Of a stretch of 28,791 nucleotides of DNA, positions 7,723 to 15,308 are shown one piece after another; positions within the stretch are counted from its first letter, which is position 1; the number at the start of each line of letters is the position of its first letter. The stretch is from a virus (lineage: Duplodnaviria > Caudoviricetes), in IMG/VR virus record IMGVR_UViG_3300037071_003766, positions 1 to 28,791 of that record; one strand, given 5' to 3'. A model generated the notes under the pieces. That model saw nothing but the letters and a program-made list of their open reading frames with translations. It made no database searches and was not told where the DNA came from. The position numbers were made by a program, and so were the translations under genes.

Positions 7723-8141
7723 CAGACGCTCACCTTGACCGACGGCTTGGCCGGCTTGACGGTGACGACCTTGGCGACCTGTTCCCACAGCTCGGGCCGG
7801 TTGGCACGCAGCCACTTGCAGCCCGTGGGGTCCACCTCGGTCTTGGAGCGCAGGGGCACCAGGTTGGCGTCCCAGCCGGAGGTGATGTTGCGCAGCGCTT
7901 CGATGTCGTCGGCCTTGTAGCTGAGCGACCCGGTGACGGTGAGCTTGAACCCGCCGGCCTCCACGGTGGTCGCACCTTCCTGCTTGGGTGGCTGCAGCGC
8001 GCAGATTTCCTGCTCGATGGCGATGCGCTTGGAGTTGGCGGTGTCCTCCTCGCGCTTGGCCTCGATCCAGGCGGCCACCAGCTGCTCCAGAGAGCGCTTC
8101 TCGGCGTGGAAGGGAAGGATGTTCGTTGCTTCGGCGGACAT
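7722..8141 (-). CDS. Phage protein with N-terminal coiled coil, upstream of the Sak4-like ATPase
   Basis: AAAGGAG RBS; TGATG coupling to the ATPase. Confidence 0.8.
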   Translation of the reverse strand: MSAEATNILPFHAEKRSLEQLVAAWIEAKREEDTANSKRIAIEQEICALQPPKQEGATTVEAGGFKLTVTGSLSYKADDIEALRNITSGWDANLVPLRSKTEVDPTGCKWLRANRPELWEQVAKVVTVKPAKPSVKVSV

Positions 8142-8170
8142 GGGTGCTCCTTTCGTTTGAGCGTTGGTGT

Positions 8171-8389
8171 TCAGAACAGCAGTGCAAGGTGAAAGCCCAC
8201 CACCTCCGCGATGGCGCAGAACACCACCAGCCAGACGGTCAGCTTGATTGCGAGGCGTGAGCGGTCGGGCTCGACTTCGATGCTCTTACTGCGCCCGTTG
8301 CTGATGTGGTGGCCGCCGTCGTCTTGGTGCAGGCGACGAGGGCACAGGCGCCCTTGCGCGCAGTGCAGGCAGTCGTGGGGGTCGCACAT
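8171..8389 (-). CDS. Small Cys-rich protein with C-terminal transmembrane segment (MCDPHDCLHC...)
   Basis: GGAGG RBS, TGATG coupling, hydrophobic C-terminus. Confidence 0.6.
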   Translation of the reverse strand: MCDPHDCLHCAQGRLCPRRLHQDDGGHHISNGRSKSIEVEPDRSRLAIKLTVWLVVFCAIAEVVGFHLALLF

Positions 8390-8538
8390 CACTTCGCCCT
8401 CCGCAGGTAGTGCAGGCGATGGACGATGGCCGGGACGTCTTCGTGCAGCGGCCAGATTTCCGCCAGCGCGCGGCTGTAGTAGGCGATCTGGGCGCGGCGC
8501 CACACTTCGGCCCAGAGGTTCGTTACAGGCTTGATCAC
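8389..8538 (-). CDS. Small protein, 49 aa (MIKPVTNLWAEVWRRAQIAYY...), absent from the ORF track
   Basis: GTG start with AGGAG RBS; GTGA and TGATG overlaps with neighbours. Confidence 0.6.
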   Translation of the reverse strand: MIKPVTNLWAEVWRRAQIAYYSRALAEIWPLHEDVPAIVHRLHYLRRAK

Positions 8539-8699
8539 TCGTCGTCTCCTGTCGATTCCAGTGGCATCTGTTCCTTGGCATTCATCTCACTGACCACCAC
8601 TCGCGAGAAGCCGTTGCCGACCTCCGTGTGCACGCGGTAGATCACGTCCTCCTGCTTGAAGGAGAACTCCTCGTCGCTGAAAGTGATCTCGCTAGCCAT
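8535..8699 (-). CDS. Small acidic protein, 54 aa (MASEITFSDEEF...), absent from the ORF track
   Basis: GAGG RBS; overlaps both neighbours; high GC3. Confidence 0.6.
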   Translation of the reverse strand: MASEITFSDEEFSFKQEDVIYRVHTEVGNGFSRVVVSEMNAKEQMPLESTGDDE

Positions 8700-9057
8700 C
8701 GATCGCCTCTGCGTCTTCCAGCACGCCCACCGCGTCCAGGATCGACTCCAGCGCGCTCTGCCCCGACACGCACCGCAGCGCCATGCTCTGGCCGAAGGCG
8801 TTGACCAGCGACGACAGCAGCGCGATCACCTGCGGGTGGTCCATGTACTGCGCCAGCTTCGCGATCTCGGCGCGCGCTGCGCGGGTCTTGAAGTCGGCGT
8901 GCTCCTGGTTGGAGTGGCGCGCTTCGGCCAACTCATCGCGCGTCCACAGGCGGCTGCGCGGCTCGTACTCCGGTTCGTCTTGGGCGGCAACGAGGTGGTT
9001 GCCCGTGGCTCTCGCGGGACGGCCGTCGATCAGGAGGCGGGTCGGTTGCGTGTTCAT
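8692..9057 (-). CDS. Hypothetical protein, first gene of the early-left operon
   Basis: Directly follows the PL-like promoter; phage-typical codon usage. Confidence 0.75.
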   Translation of the reverse strand: MNTQPTRLLIDGRPARATGNHLVAAQDEPEYEPRSRLWTRDELAEARHSNQEHADFKTRAARAEIAKLAQYMDHPQVIALLSSLVNAFGQSMALRCVSGQSALESILDAVGVLEDAEAIDG

Positions 9058-9064
9058 GGACTCC

Positions 9065-9106
9065 AGTATTCCTCAAGGAATAACTGGCGTCAAGCGCAAA
9101 AGAATA
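9065..9106 (-). promoter_or_regulatory. PL-like promoter with operators
   Basis: TTGACG (9093-9088), 17 bp, AATACT (9070-9065). Palindrome TATTCCTCAAGGAATA at 9067-9082 and related CAAGCGCAAAAGAATA at 9091-9106. Confidence 0.75.
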
Positions 9107-9115
9107 AATGCGCGC

Positions 9116-9141
9116 AAAAATATGCCCGCGCGAGGCGGGCA
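9116..9141 (-). terminator. Terminator of the cI (immunity) transcript
   Basis: TGCCCGC-N5-GCGGGCA hairpin followed by TATTTTT on the minus strand. Confidence 0.75.
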
Positions 9142-9162
9142 GGTCAGCTGCGGCTCAGGCGC

Positions 9163-9444
9163 TCATAGCGGCAAGCAGCGAAACTCGACCTCACCGGCGG
9201 CGATCTGGCCGAAACCGCCCTGCGACGTTTCGCGTGCCTGGACAAGCTCCATGCGCTTGCCTCGTTCGCGGCAGTAGTCGCCGGCCTGCTGAATCGCCTT
9301 GGCCTTCTGCGCGCTGCCCGAGGACCATCCCATGGTGCCGTGACTCGCAACCATGAACGTGTCCGGGCCTGTGGCGACGACGTCGGTGACGCCTGCGCAG
9401 CCGGCCAGGGCCAACATTCCAATGCTCAGTGCAAGTGCTTTCAT
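9163..9444 (-). CDS. Lipoprotein (MKALALSIGMLALAG-C), immunity operon
   Basis: Lipobox; TGPDTF...YC...GK...EFRC pattern. Confidence 0.85.
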   Translation of the reverse strand: MKALALSIGMLALAGCAGVTDVVATGPDTFMVASHGTMGWSSGSAQKAKAIQQAGDYCRERGKRMELVQARETSQGGFGQIAAGEVEFRCLPL

Positions 9445-9452
9445 GATGGCGC

Positions 9453-9785
9453 TTACCGAACCTGAATGACCGTGTTGGGCACCGGCTCCATGCGGGGCCG
9501 CTGCAGGCCAGGATCCCCGGCGCGCAGGCACTGGAACTCGATCTCAGCACGCGGATAGTTGCCCATCACATAGGGCGGCGCGCTCTCGCTGGAGCGCACC
9601 AGCATGAACTCCTTGCCGGCGGTGCGGCAATGGGCCGACCCCTCCGCGATGATCTCGGCCTTCAGGTTGCCCAAGCCCGGGAACCCTGTGGCCGCCTGCT
9701 TGGCGAGCAGGTAGGTGTCTGGCCCGGTAGAGACGATGCCCGTGTGAGAGGCGCACGCCGATAGGAGCCCGCACATGGCCAGCAC
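9453..9785 (-). CDS. Paralogous lipoprotein (...LLSA-C), start uncertain
   Basis: Lipobox; TGPDTY...HC...GK...EFQC pattern. Candidate starts GTG 9785 or ATG 9776. Confidence 0.8.
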   Translation of the reverse strand: MLAMCGLLSACASHTGIVSTGPDTYLLAKQAATGFPGLGNLKAEIIAEGSAHCRTAGKEFMLVRSSESAPPYVMGNYPRAEIEFQCLRAGDPGLQRPRMEPVPNTVIQVR

Positions 9786-9787
9786 CG

Positions 9788-10024
9788 TCAGGGGAACAAG
9801 TCCAGCTGCATCACGGCCCTTTGGTGCAGCCGTTCGGCCGCGGCCAGCGCCGCCTCGGGCTTGTTCCGGAATATCCCAGTGAGGAACACCACGTCGCGAT
9901 CGTCCCCGGTGCGAAAGCACAGGGCCACCCCCCGTACATCCGCCTTCAGCGCCCGTTTCAACAGCCACTGGATGATTGCGATCGTTTCCTGACACGGCCC
10001 AGATTTCAGGAGCTGCAGCAACAT
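9788..10024 (-). CDS. Hypothetical protein ending QLDLFP
   Basis: Protein-like composition; stops 2 nt before the lipoprotein GTG. Confidence 0.65.
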   Translation of the reverse strand: MLLQLLKSGPCQETIAIIQWLLKRALKADVRGVALCFRTGDDRDVVFLTGIFRNKPEAALAAAERLHQRAVMQLDLFP

Positions 10025-10099
10025 TTCTTGTTGAGGTTTTCCCTAGCATCATGCCTCTCCGTTGTGAAATAGTTAACAGGCCAAACGGCCGTGGGAAAT

Positions 10100-10618
10100 T
10101 TACTTAAGCCTGCGCCCTGTGCGCTTGTGCCGCGCGATCTCGTCCAGGCGCTGCCCCTCAGCGATCAGCCGTGCGGCCGTTGCGTCAGGGTCCAGTGGGG
10201 CGCTCGTTGGCGCAGGCGTGGCTTCAGGCCAAGCGCCCAAGTGCGCCGCCGCCTCACGCGCCCGGTCGGCCTCGTCGGTAATTTCGTCCAGGATGCGGTG
10301 CCGCCGGCCAGGTGGGATGGCTTCCAGATCCACCAGCGTGCGGCCGTACTTCTCCAGCAATGTCTCCTGAGACTGCGGGAGGGCCGTGGCCACGGGTCGC
10401 GGATCCCCGTCGCCGGTGGCCAGCCAGAGGGGATCGCACCGCAGCGCGCGCGCCAGCTGCGCGATCTTCGCGGTTTGCTGGCTGTCCCCGCGTTCGATCT
10501 TGGAGATGTCGGACTGGCCCAGGCCAGCAAACTCGGCCAGCTGCTCCTGACTGAACTTGAGCAGCAGCCGCCGGCCTTTTACCCGCTTGGCCAGGGTGTC
10601 CCATTCTTCGCGCGCCAT
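10100..10618 (-). CDS. cI: CI-like XRE HTH repressor without S24 peptidase domain
   Basis: SQEQLAEFAGLGQSDISKIERG...LARALRCDPLWLATG; divergent from cro. Confidence 0.88.
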   Translation of the reverse strand: MAREEWDTLAKRVKGRRLLLKFSQEQLAEFAGLGQSDISKIERGDSQQTAKIAQLARALRCDPLWLATGDGDPRPVATALPQSQETLLEKYGRTLVDLEAIPPGRRHRILDEITDEADRAREAAAHLGAWPEATPAPTSAPLDPDATAARLIAEGQRLDEIARHKRTGRRLK

Positions 10619-10686
10619 GTACGTATTTAATCGCGCTTGCATATGCCGAAAGGACTGGTACCATAGGCGCAAAGGAATGCCCGCCC
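10619..10686. promoter_or_regulatory. PR/PRM divergent switch with operators
   Basis: Plus strand TTGCAT (10637) ... TGG-TACCAT (10659). Minus strand TTAAAT 6 nt before the cI ATG. TATGCCGAAAGGACTG (10642) and TAGGCGCAAAGGAATG (10664) resemble the PL operators. Confidence 0.7.
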
Positions 10687-10917
10687 ATGGAAGCCCGCGA
10701 CTTCGTTCAAGACCTCCTTGACTGGGGGCTCACGCAGGACCAGATCGCCGAGCGCACTGGAATCCCGCAACCCACCATCAGCAAGATCCGGCGCGGCGCT
10801 GTGAACGACGTGCTGTCTCGCAACTGGCGCAGCCTGCAGGCTGTGCACCGCGAGGAACTGGCCAAACGGCCGAAGGACCAACCACCGGCCACTGCCGATG
10901 CACCGACTGTGGGGTGA
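10687..10917 (+). CDS. cro: Cro-like HTH protein
   Basis: LTQDQIAERTGIPQPTISKIRRG; AAGGA RBS; divergent from cI. Confidence 0.88.
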   Translation: MEARDFVQDLLDWGLTQDQIAERTGIPQPTISKIRRGAVNDVLSRNWRSLQAVHREELAKRPKDQPPATADAPTVG

Positions 10918-10920
10918 GCC

Positions 10921-11283
10921 ATGGATGCTTCCTCCGGCTTCGCTCTCGTAGTAGGTCTCATGGGTGCCCTCGGCGGCTTCGGCATCGGGAACGCGGTGGG
11001 CTACAGCTCCTGCCGCAAGCTCCACGACAGGCTTGAAAAAGAGTCGGCCGAACGCGAGCGTGACCGTAAACAGTCCGAGATCGATCGGCGCACCGAGCGC
11101 ATGGACTCCGGCATCGCGGAGTTGAGGGGGCAAGTTCGCGGTCTGCAGGGGTGGATGGACTCGTTCCATAAGTGGGCAGACGATACGGCCAAGGAGATCA
11201 ATGCGCTGGAGGCCAAAGTGGATGCCGCCAGCGCCAGGCCTGCGCCGCCCTCCGAGCCTGCACCTGGTGCCGAGGGTGCCTGA
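10921..11283 (+). CDS. Membrane-anchored coiled-coil protein
   Basis: N-terminal hydrophobic helix followed by charged heptad-like repeats. Confidence 0.6.
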   Translation: MDASSGFALVVGLMGALGGFGIGNAVGYSSCRKLHDRLEKESAERERDRKQSEIDRRTERMDSGIAELRGQVRGLQGWMDSFHKWADDTAKEINALEAKVDAASARPAPPSEPAPGAEGA

Positions 11284-11308
11284 GATGCCCGCCATGTCGT
11301 CTCCTGCC

Positions 11309-11338
11309 GGCGGTGACTGCTTCGCCGTCCTTTTTTTT
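11309..11338 (+). terminator. tR1-like terminator
   Basis: GGCGGTGA/TCGCCGTC stem with G-U pairs, followed by T8. Confidence 0.65.
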
Positions 11339-11385
11339 AACGTCGCACAGCCTCTCAACGCTACTCAAGCAAGCGGAGGCCCGTT

Positions 11386-11772
11386 GTGAACCAACTGGCG
11401 TTCCCCTCCGAGGTCACTCCGCAGGAAGTTGCACGCGAGAAATCCTTGGGTAGCGCGATCGCACTGTGCGCCCGCGTCGCAGGGCACGAACCCAAGCAGG
11501 TCATGGACGCCATCCGCGACCCCAAGACCGGCAAGCCCGTGGACAAGGCGCAGTGGTCCCGGTGGCTCTCGGGCGAGGAGGGCGTGGTCTGGCCCAAGTT
11601 CCTGCAGCTGATGGACTTCTGCGGCAACGACGCGCCGCTTCTGTGGCTCCTGCATGACCGCGGCTACGACATCAACACACTGCGCAAGCGCGAGACCGAA
11701 ACCGAGAAAGAGCTTCGGCTGGCCAAGGAGGAAATTGCAGCACTCAGGCGGGTATTGAAAGGGCAGGGATGA
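11386..11772 (+). CDS. CII-like transcriptional regulator
   Basis: GGAGG RBS and GTG start; HTH-like VDKAQWSRWLSG; position between cro and the replication gene. Confidence 0.7.
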   Translation: MNQLAFPSEVTPQEVAREKSLGSAIALCARVAGHEPKQVMDAIRDPKTGKPVDKAQWSRWLSGEEGVVWPKFLQLMDFCGNDAPLLWLLHDRGYDINTLRKRETETEKELRLAKEEIAALRRVLKGQG

Positions 11773-13736
11773 TGGCAGTCCCGGGCTCCAACGGCTCGGT
11801 GGTCGAAGCGCTGGCCGACCGGCTGCAGTTGCATGTCCCCGAGGAAATCCGCCGCTACCGCCAATGGGTCGTCTGGCGCTACGAGCCGGCCAAGGGCGGC
11901 AAGATGGGCAAGATCCCCTATTACGCAAGCGGCGTAAAGCGCCACGGCGCGCAGGGCGGCCAGGCCGATCTGGAGCAACTGGTCGAATTTCCCGCGGCCC
12001 TAGCGCGCTTTCGCTCCGGTGGTTTTGACGGGGTGGGTTTCGCAGTCCTGCCCAACTCCCCCGTCAAGGCCATCGACCTCGATAACTGCGTGGAGAACGG
12101 TGACCTGATCCCCCAGGCTGCCGCCATCGTCACCGAGGCCGACAGCTACACCGAATTCAGCCCCAGCGGCGGGGGCGTTCGCATCCTCGTCTATGGCCAG
12201 CTGGAGTCCCGCAAGGCTCACCACCGCTACGGCCCCAACCGAAACCTCGAGCTATTCGGCGTCAGCGGTTTCGTGACCATCACGGGCAACATCCTGGCCG
12301 ATAACGTCTTGCGGCCCATGTCGCCCGCCTTTCAGGCGTGGATCACGCAACAGGCCGGCGAGGCGGCAGAACCACGGGACGACGCTGCCCCGTCGGTCCA
12401 GACTATTGATGAGAACCAGCGGCGTGACTTGCGCGCCGCGCTCGCCTACTTCGATCCCGACGACTACGACCTGTGGATCCACTTCGGCATGGCCCTGAAG
12501 GCGCTGGGCGACGTGGGCCGGGGCATCTGGTTGGAGTGGGGGCAGATGTCGCCGCGCTTCGATTCGCGCGAGGCCGCCCACAAGTGGGCCACCCTCCAGC
12601 CCCGCGGCGACAAGCCGATCAACTACCAGACCATCCTGTTCCGTGCCAGGGAAAAGGGATGGATCAATCCCCTTGAAAAGCAGGAGGCGCCAGCCGCCAA
12701 TGACGCGGCCACTGACCTGCCACTGGTGTTCGCCGAGGCCATCGACGGCTCCACCATCGTCATGGCGCAGTTGGTGGAGGACGTCCTCACGCAAGGCGGC
12801 CTGTCTGTTATCTACGGCGAATCCAACTCCGGCAAGTCGTTCCTGGCCTGCGACATGGGCTGCTGCCTGGCCTGCGGCATCCCGTGGCTGGGCAAGCGCA
12901 CCGTTCCCGGCGCCGTCCTGTACGTGGCCGGCGAGGGCGCCGAGTCCATCAAGCTGCGCCTTCTGGCCTGGCGCCAGAAGTACAACCTGTCGCCCAAGCT
13001 GGCCGTGGTGCCGGTGGCGGTCAACCTTCTCAAGCCCAACGCCGACGCCCGCCGCGTGGTGGCCGCCTGCCGCGCCGTCGAGGCCCACTACGGCTGCCCC
13101 GTCACGCTGATCATCATCGACACCCTGGCGCGCGCCTTTGCCGGCGGCAACGAGAACGCCAGCGAGGACATGAGCGCGGTCATCGCCCATGCCGACCAGA
13201 TCCGCGCGGCCACCGCCGCCCATGTCATGTTCATCCACCACAGCGGCAAGGACGCCGCCAAGGGCTCTCGCGGCCACTCCAGCCTGAAGGCCGCCACCGA
13301 TACCGAGATCGAGGTCACGGCCGAGGAAGCCACCAAGCTGCACACCGCCGCCATCAAAAAGCAGCGCGATCTCCCGACCCGCGGCGAGTCCATCACCGCC
13401 AAGTTCTCCGTGGTCAAGATGGGCATGCTCGACCAGTGGGGCAAGCCGGTCACCACCTGCGTGGTGGAGCTGACCGACGAAAAGCCAGCGCCCAAGGCCA
13501 AGAAGGAGCGGGGCAACGAACTGGACGTGGCCCTGTGCGGGCTGCTGCGTTTCGCTCCCAACCAGACCATGCTGCGCCGCGATCTGGTCAAGGCGCTGGA
13601 GTCCCAGGGCTTCAACACCTCCCCCATCTACCGCGCGCTGCAGCGCCTGGCGGGCAAGACCATCACCGAGTCGGCCGGCCGCATCCATCTGCACAACATC
13701 GCCGCCGCCCTCATGACTACCAAGGAGACCGAGTGA
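11769..13736 (+). CDS. Primase-polymerase/PriCT-2/RepA-type (AAA_25) helicase fusion
   Basis: IDLD and YTEFSPSGGG (NrS-1-like primpol); YDLWIHFGMALK (PriCT-2); GESNSGKS, IIIDTLAR, IHHSGKD...RGHS (helicase). Confidence 0.88.
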   Translation: MMAVPGSNGSVVEALADRLQLHVPEEIRRYRQWVVWRYEPAKGGKMGKIPYYASGVKRHGAQGGQADLEQLVEFPAALARFRSGGFDGVGFAVLPNSPVKAIDLDNCVENGDLIPQAAAIVTEADSYTEFSPSGGGVRILVYGQLESRKAHHRYGPNRNLELFGVSGFVTITGNILADNVLRPMSPAFQAWITQQAGEAAEPRDDAAPSVQTIDENQRRDLRAALAYFDPDDYDLWIHFGMALKALGDVGRGIWLEWGQMSPRFDSREAAHKWATLQPRGDKPINYQTILFRAREKGWINPLEKQEAPAANDAATDLPLVFAEAIDGSTIVMAQLVEDVLTQGGLSVIYGESNSGKSFLACDMGCCLACGIPWLGKRTVPGAVLYVAGEGAESIKLRLLAWRQKYNLSPKLAVVPVAVNLLKPNADARRVVAACRAVEAHYGCPVTLIIIDTLARAFAGGNENASEDMSAVIAHADQIRAATAAHVMFIHHSGKDAAKGSRGHSSLKAATDTEIEVTAEEATKLHTAAIKKQRDLPTRGESITAKFSVVKMGMLDQWGKPVTTCVVELTDEKPAPKAKKERGNELDVALCGLLRFAPNQTMLRRDLVKALESQGFNTSPIYRALQRLAGKTITESAGRIHLHNIAAALMTTKETE

Positions 13737-13888
13737 TGGGAATTCTGATGGGAATTGCCAGTGGGAAAACCAGTCGGTTTTTTCCCCATTTCGCCACCCA
13801 CCCCCTGAAAGGGGGTGGGAAATGGGAAAACCGAGGTCGGGAATTCCCATCAGGGAAACGCGATGGGAAAGTGGGAACGGGAAACGGA
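13735..13888 (+). repeat. GGGAA iteron cluster, probable replication origin
   Basis: Ten GGGAA copies on the plus strand and two inverted; hairpin CCCACCCCC-TGAAA-GGGGGTGGG at 13797-13819; directly after the primase-helicase. Confidence 0.7.
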
Positions 13889-13895
13889 GTGCGCC

Positions 13896-14207
13896 GTGAT
13901 TGAAAACCAGCCCATACAAATTCTGAGCATGGAGGAACTGGCAGCGTTGCCGCACTCGCCGTACGACGAAATGGCCGAACTGCTGGAGGCTTCGGCACGG
14001 ATGCTGCGGGCTGATCCGAAACGCTACGCCGACGCCATCGGCTGGCGCTTGGCCGACGCCGCGGGGATGTTCGCGGCAAAAGCAATGAAGCTGTCCGAAA
14101 TCCCCGGAGTTCATGAATACACCGGCCGGGGCTGTGCCATCTACCCATCAGATCCTGAGCGCGCCCTTCACCCAGTCGATACCGGCTCGCGCCCCCGCCG
14201 GCCATGA
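13896..14207 (+). CDS. Hypothetical protein
   Basis: GGAG RBS before GTG 13896; ATGA overlap with rusA. Confidence 0.6.
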   Translation: MIENQPIQILSMEELAALPHSPYDEMAELLEASARMLRADPKRYADAIGWRLADAAGMFAAKAMKLSEIPGVHEYTGRGCAIYPSDPERALHPVDTGSRPRRP

Positions 14208-14638
14208 TCTCCTTCACCATCCCAGGCCCGCCAGTCGGCAAGCAGCGCCCCATCGCCGGCCGATCCTTCGCCGGTCACACCACGCTGCGCACGCCCACCA
14301 AGACCCTCAACTACGAGTCGCTGGTGGCCCACGCAGCGCACCAGGCCATGGCCGGCCGCCCGATCCTGCTGGACGCCTGCACGGTGGTTCTGGACATCCG
14401 CGTCATGGCGCCCACCAGCTGGTCGAAGAAGAGGCGCGCCGCTGCACTGGCTGGTCTCCTTCACCCAGCCACCAAGCCCGATATCGACAACGTGGAGAAG
14501 TGCGTGTTCGACGGCCTGAACGGCGTGGTCTGGAAGGACGACGTGCAGGTCGTGGAGGTGCGCAAGCGCAAGCGCTATGCGCAGACGCCAGGCGTGGACG
14601 TGTCCGTGTTCCACATGGAACCTGCGGAGGCCGCATGA
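14204..14638 (+). CDS. rusA: RusA-family Holliday junction resolvase
   Basis: FTIPGPPVGKQRP...KPDIDNVEKCVFDGLNGVVWKDDVQV. Confidence 0.92.
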   Translation: MISFTIPGPPVGKQRPIAGRSFAGHTTLRTPTKTLNYESLVAHAAHQAMAGRPILLDACTVVLDIRVMAPTSWSKKRRAAALAGLLHPATKPDIDNVEKCVFDGLNGVVWKDDVQVVEVRKRKRYAQTPGVDVSVFHMEPAEAA

Positions 14639-14802
14639 GCCACAAGCCACGCATCCTGCTGCACCACGGCCTGTGGTACTGCGCCGTGCGCATCCAAGAC
14701 TGCCGCGGCAACCTGATCATGCCCTTCCTCTTCGGCTGCGGCTTCAACCCTCGCCACGCCTACGAGGAGTGGGAGAAGGTCGCCGGGAGGCGCACATGCT
14801 GA
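14635..14802 (+). CDS. Small hypothetical protein (MSHKPRILL...)
   Basis: GGAGG RBS; ATGA overlap with rusA. Confidence 0.65.
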   Translation: MSHKPRILLHHGLWYCAVRIQDCRGNLIMPFLFGCGFNPRHAYEEWEKVAGRRTC

Positions 14803-15308
14803 ACGACAAGCCAACCCGCGAGGAACTGACCTCGCATCGACTGCGCGATCTGCTCGCGTATGACCCCGAGACGGGGTTGTTTCGATGGCTGGTCTCGAAA
14901 GGGAGCAACGCTCCCGCTGGTGTCGTCACTGGCGTCCGCGCCAACAGCAAGGTTGGCTATGTCTACATCGGCATTGACGGCGTGAGATACCTCGCACACC
15001 GGTTGGCATGGCTCTACGTCTACGGTGTGTGGCCGTCGCAGATGGTCGACCACATCAACCGCGTTAGAACCGACAACCGCATCGCCAACCTCCGGGAAGC
15101 GGACTGCTCATTGAACGCACAGAACGCCGTCAGGCCCAGAGCCGGGAAGCAGTTGCCTATCGGCGTCTTCCGCCACGGCGGCCGATTCGTCGCAAAGATC
15201 ACCGTGCTCTACCAGAACTACAACCTCGGGAGCTTCCGCACGCCCGCAGAGGCGCAGGCAGCGTATCAACGGGCAAAGGAGGAGTTCCATGCAGGAGCGG
15301 TTCTATGA
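14796..15308 (+). CDS. HNH endonuclease with AP2-like C-terminus
   Basis: YDPETG...AHRLAWLY...VDHINRVRTDNRIANLRE...LGSFRTPAEA; GGAGG RBS. Confidence 0.9.
   Translation: MLNDKPTREELTSHRLRDLLAYDPETGLFRWLVSKGSNAPAGVVTGVRANSKVGYVYIGIDGVRYLAHRLAWLYVYGVWPSQMVDHINRVRTDNRIANLREADCSLNAQNAVRPRAGKQLPIGVFRHGGRFVAKITVLYQNYNLGSFRTPAEAQAAYQRAKEEFHAGAVL

Noticed and set aside
13736-13903. ORFs crossing the GGGAA cluster (e.g. start at 13815)
   Set aside because: The translations simply reflect the DNA repeats; a better start with an RBS exists at 13896.
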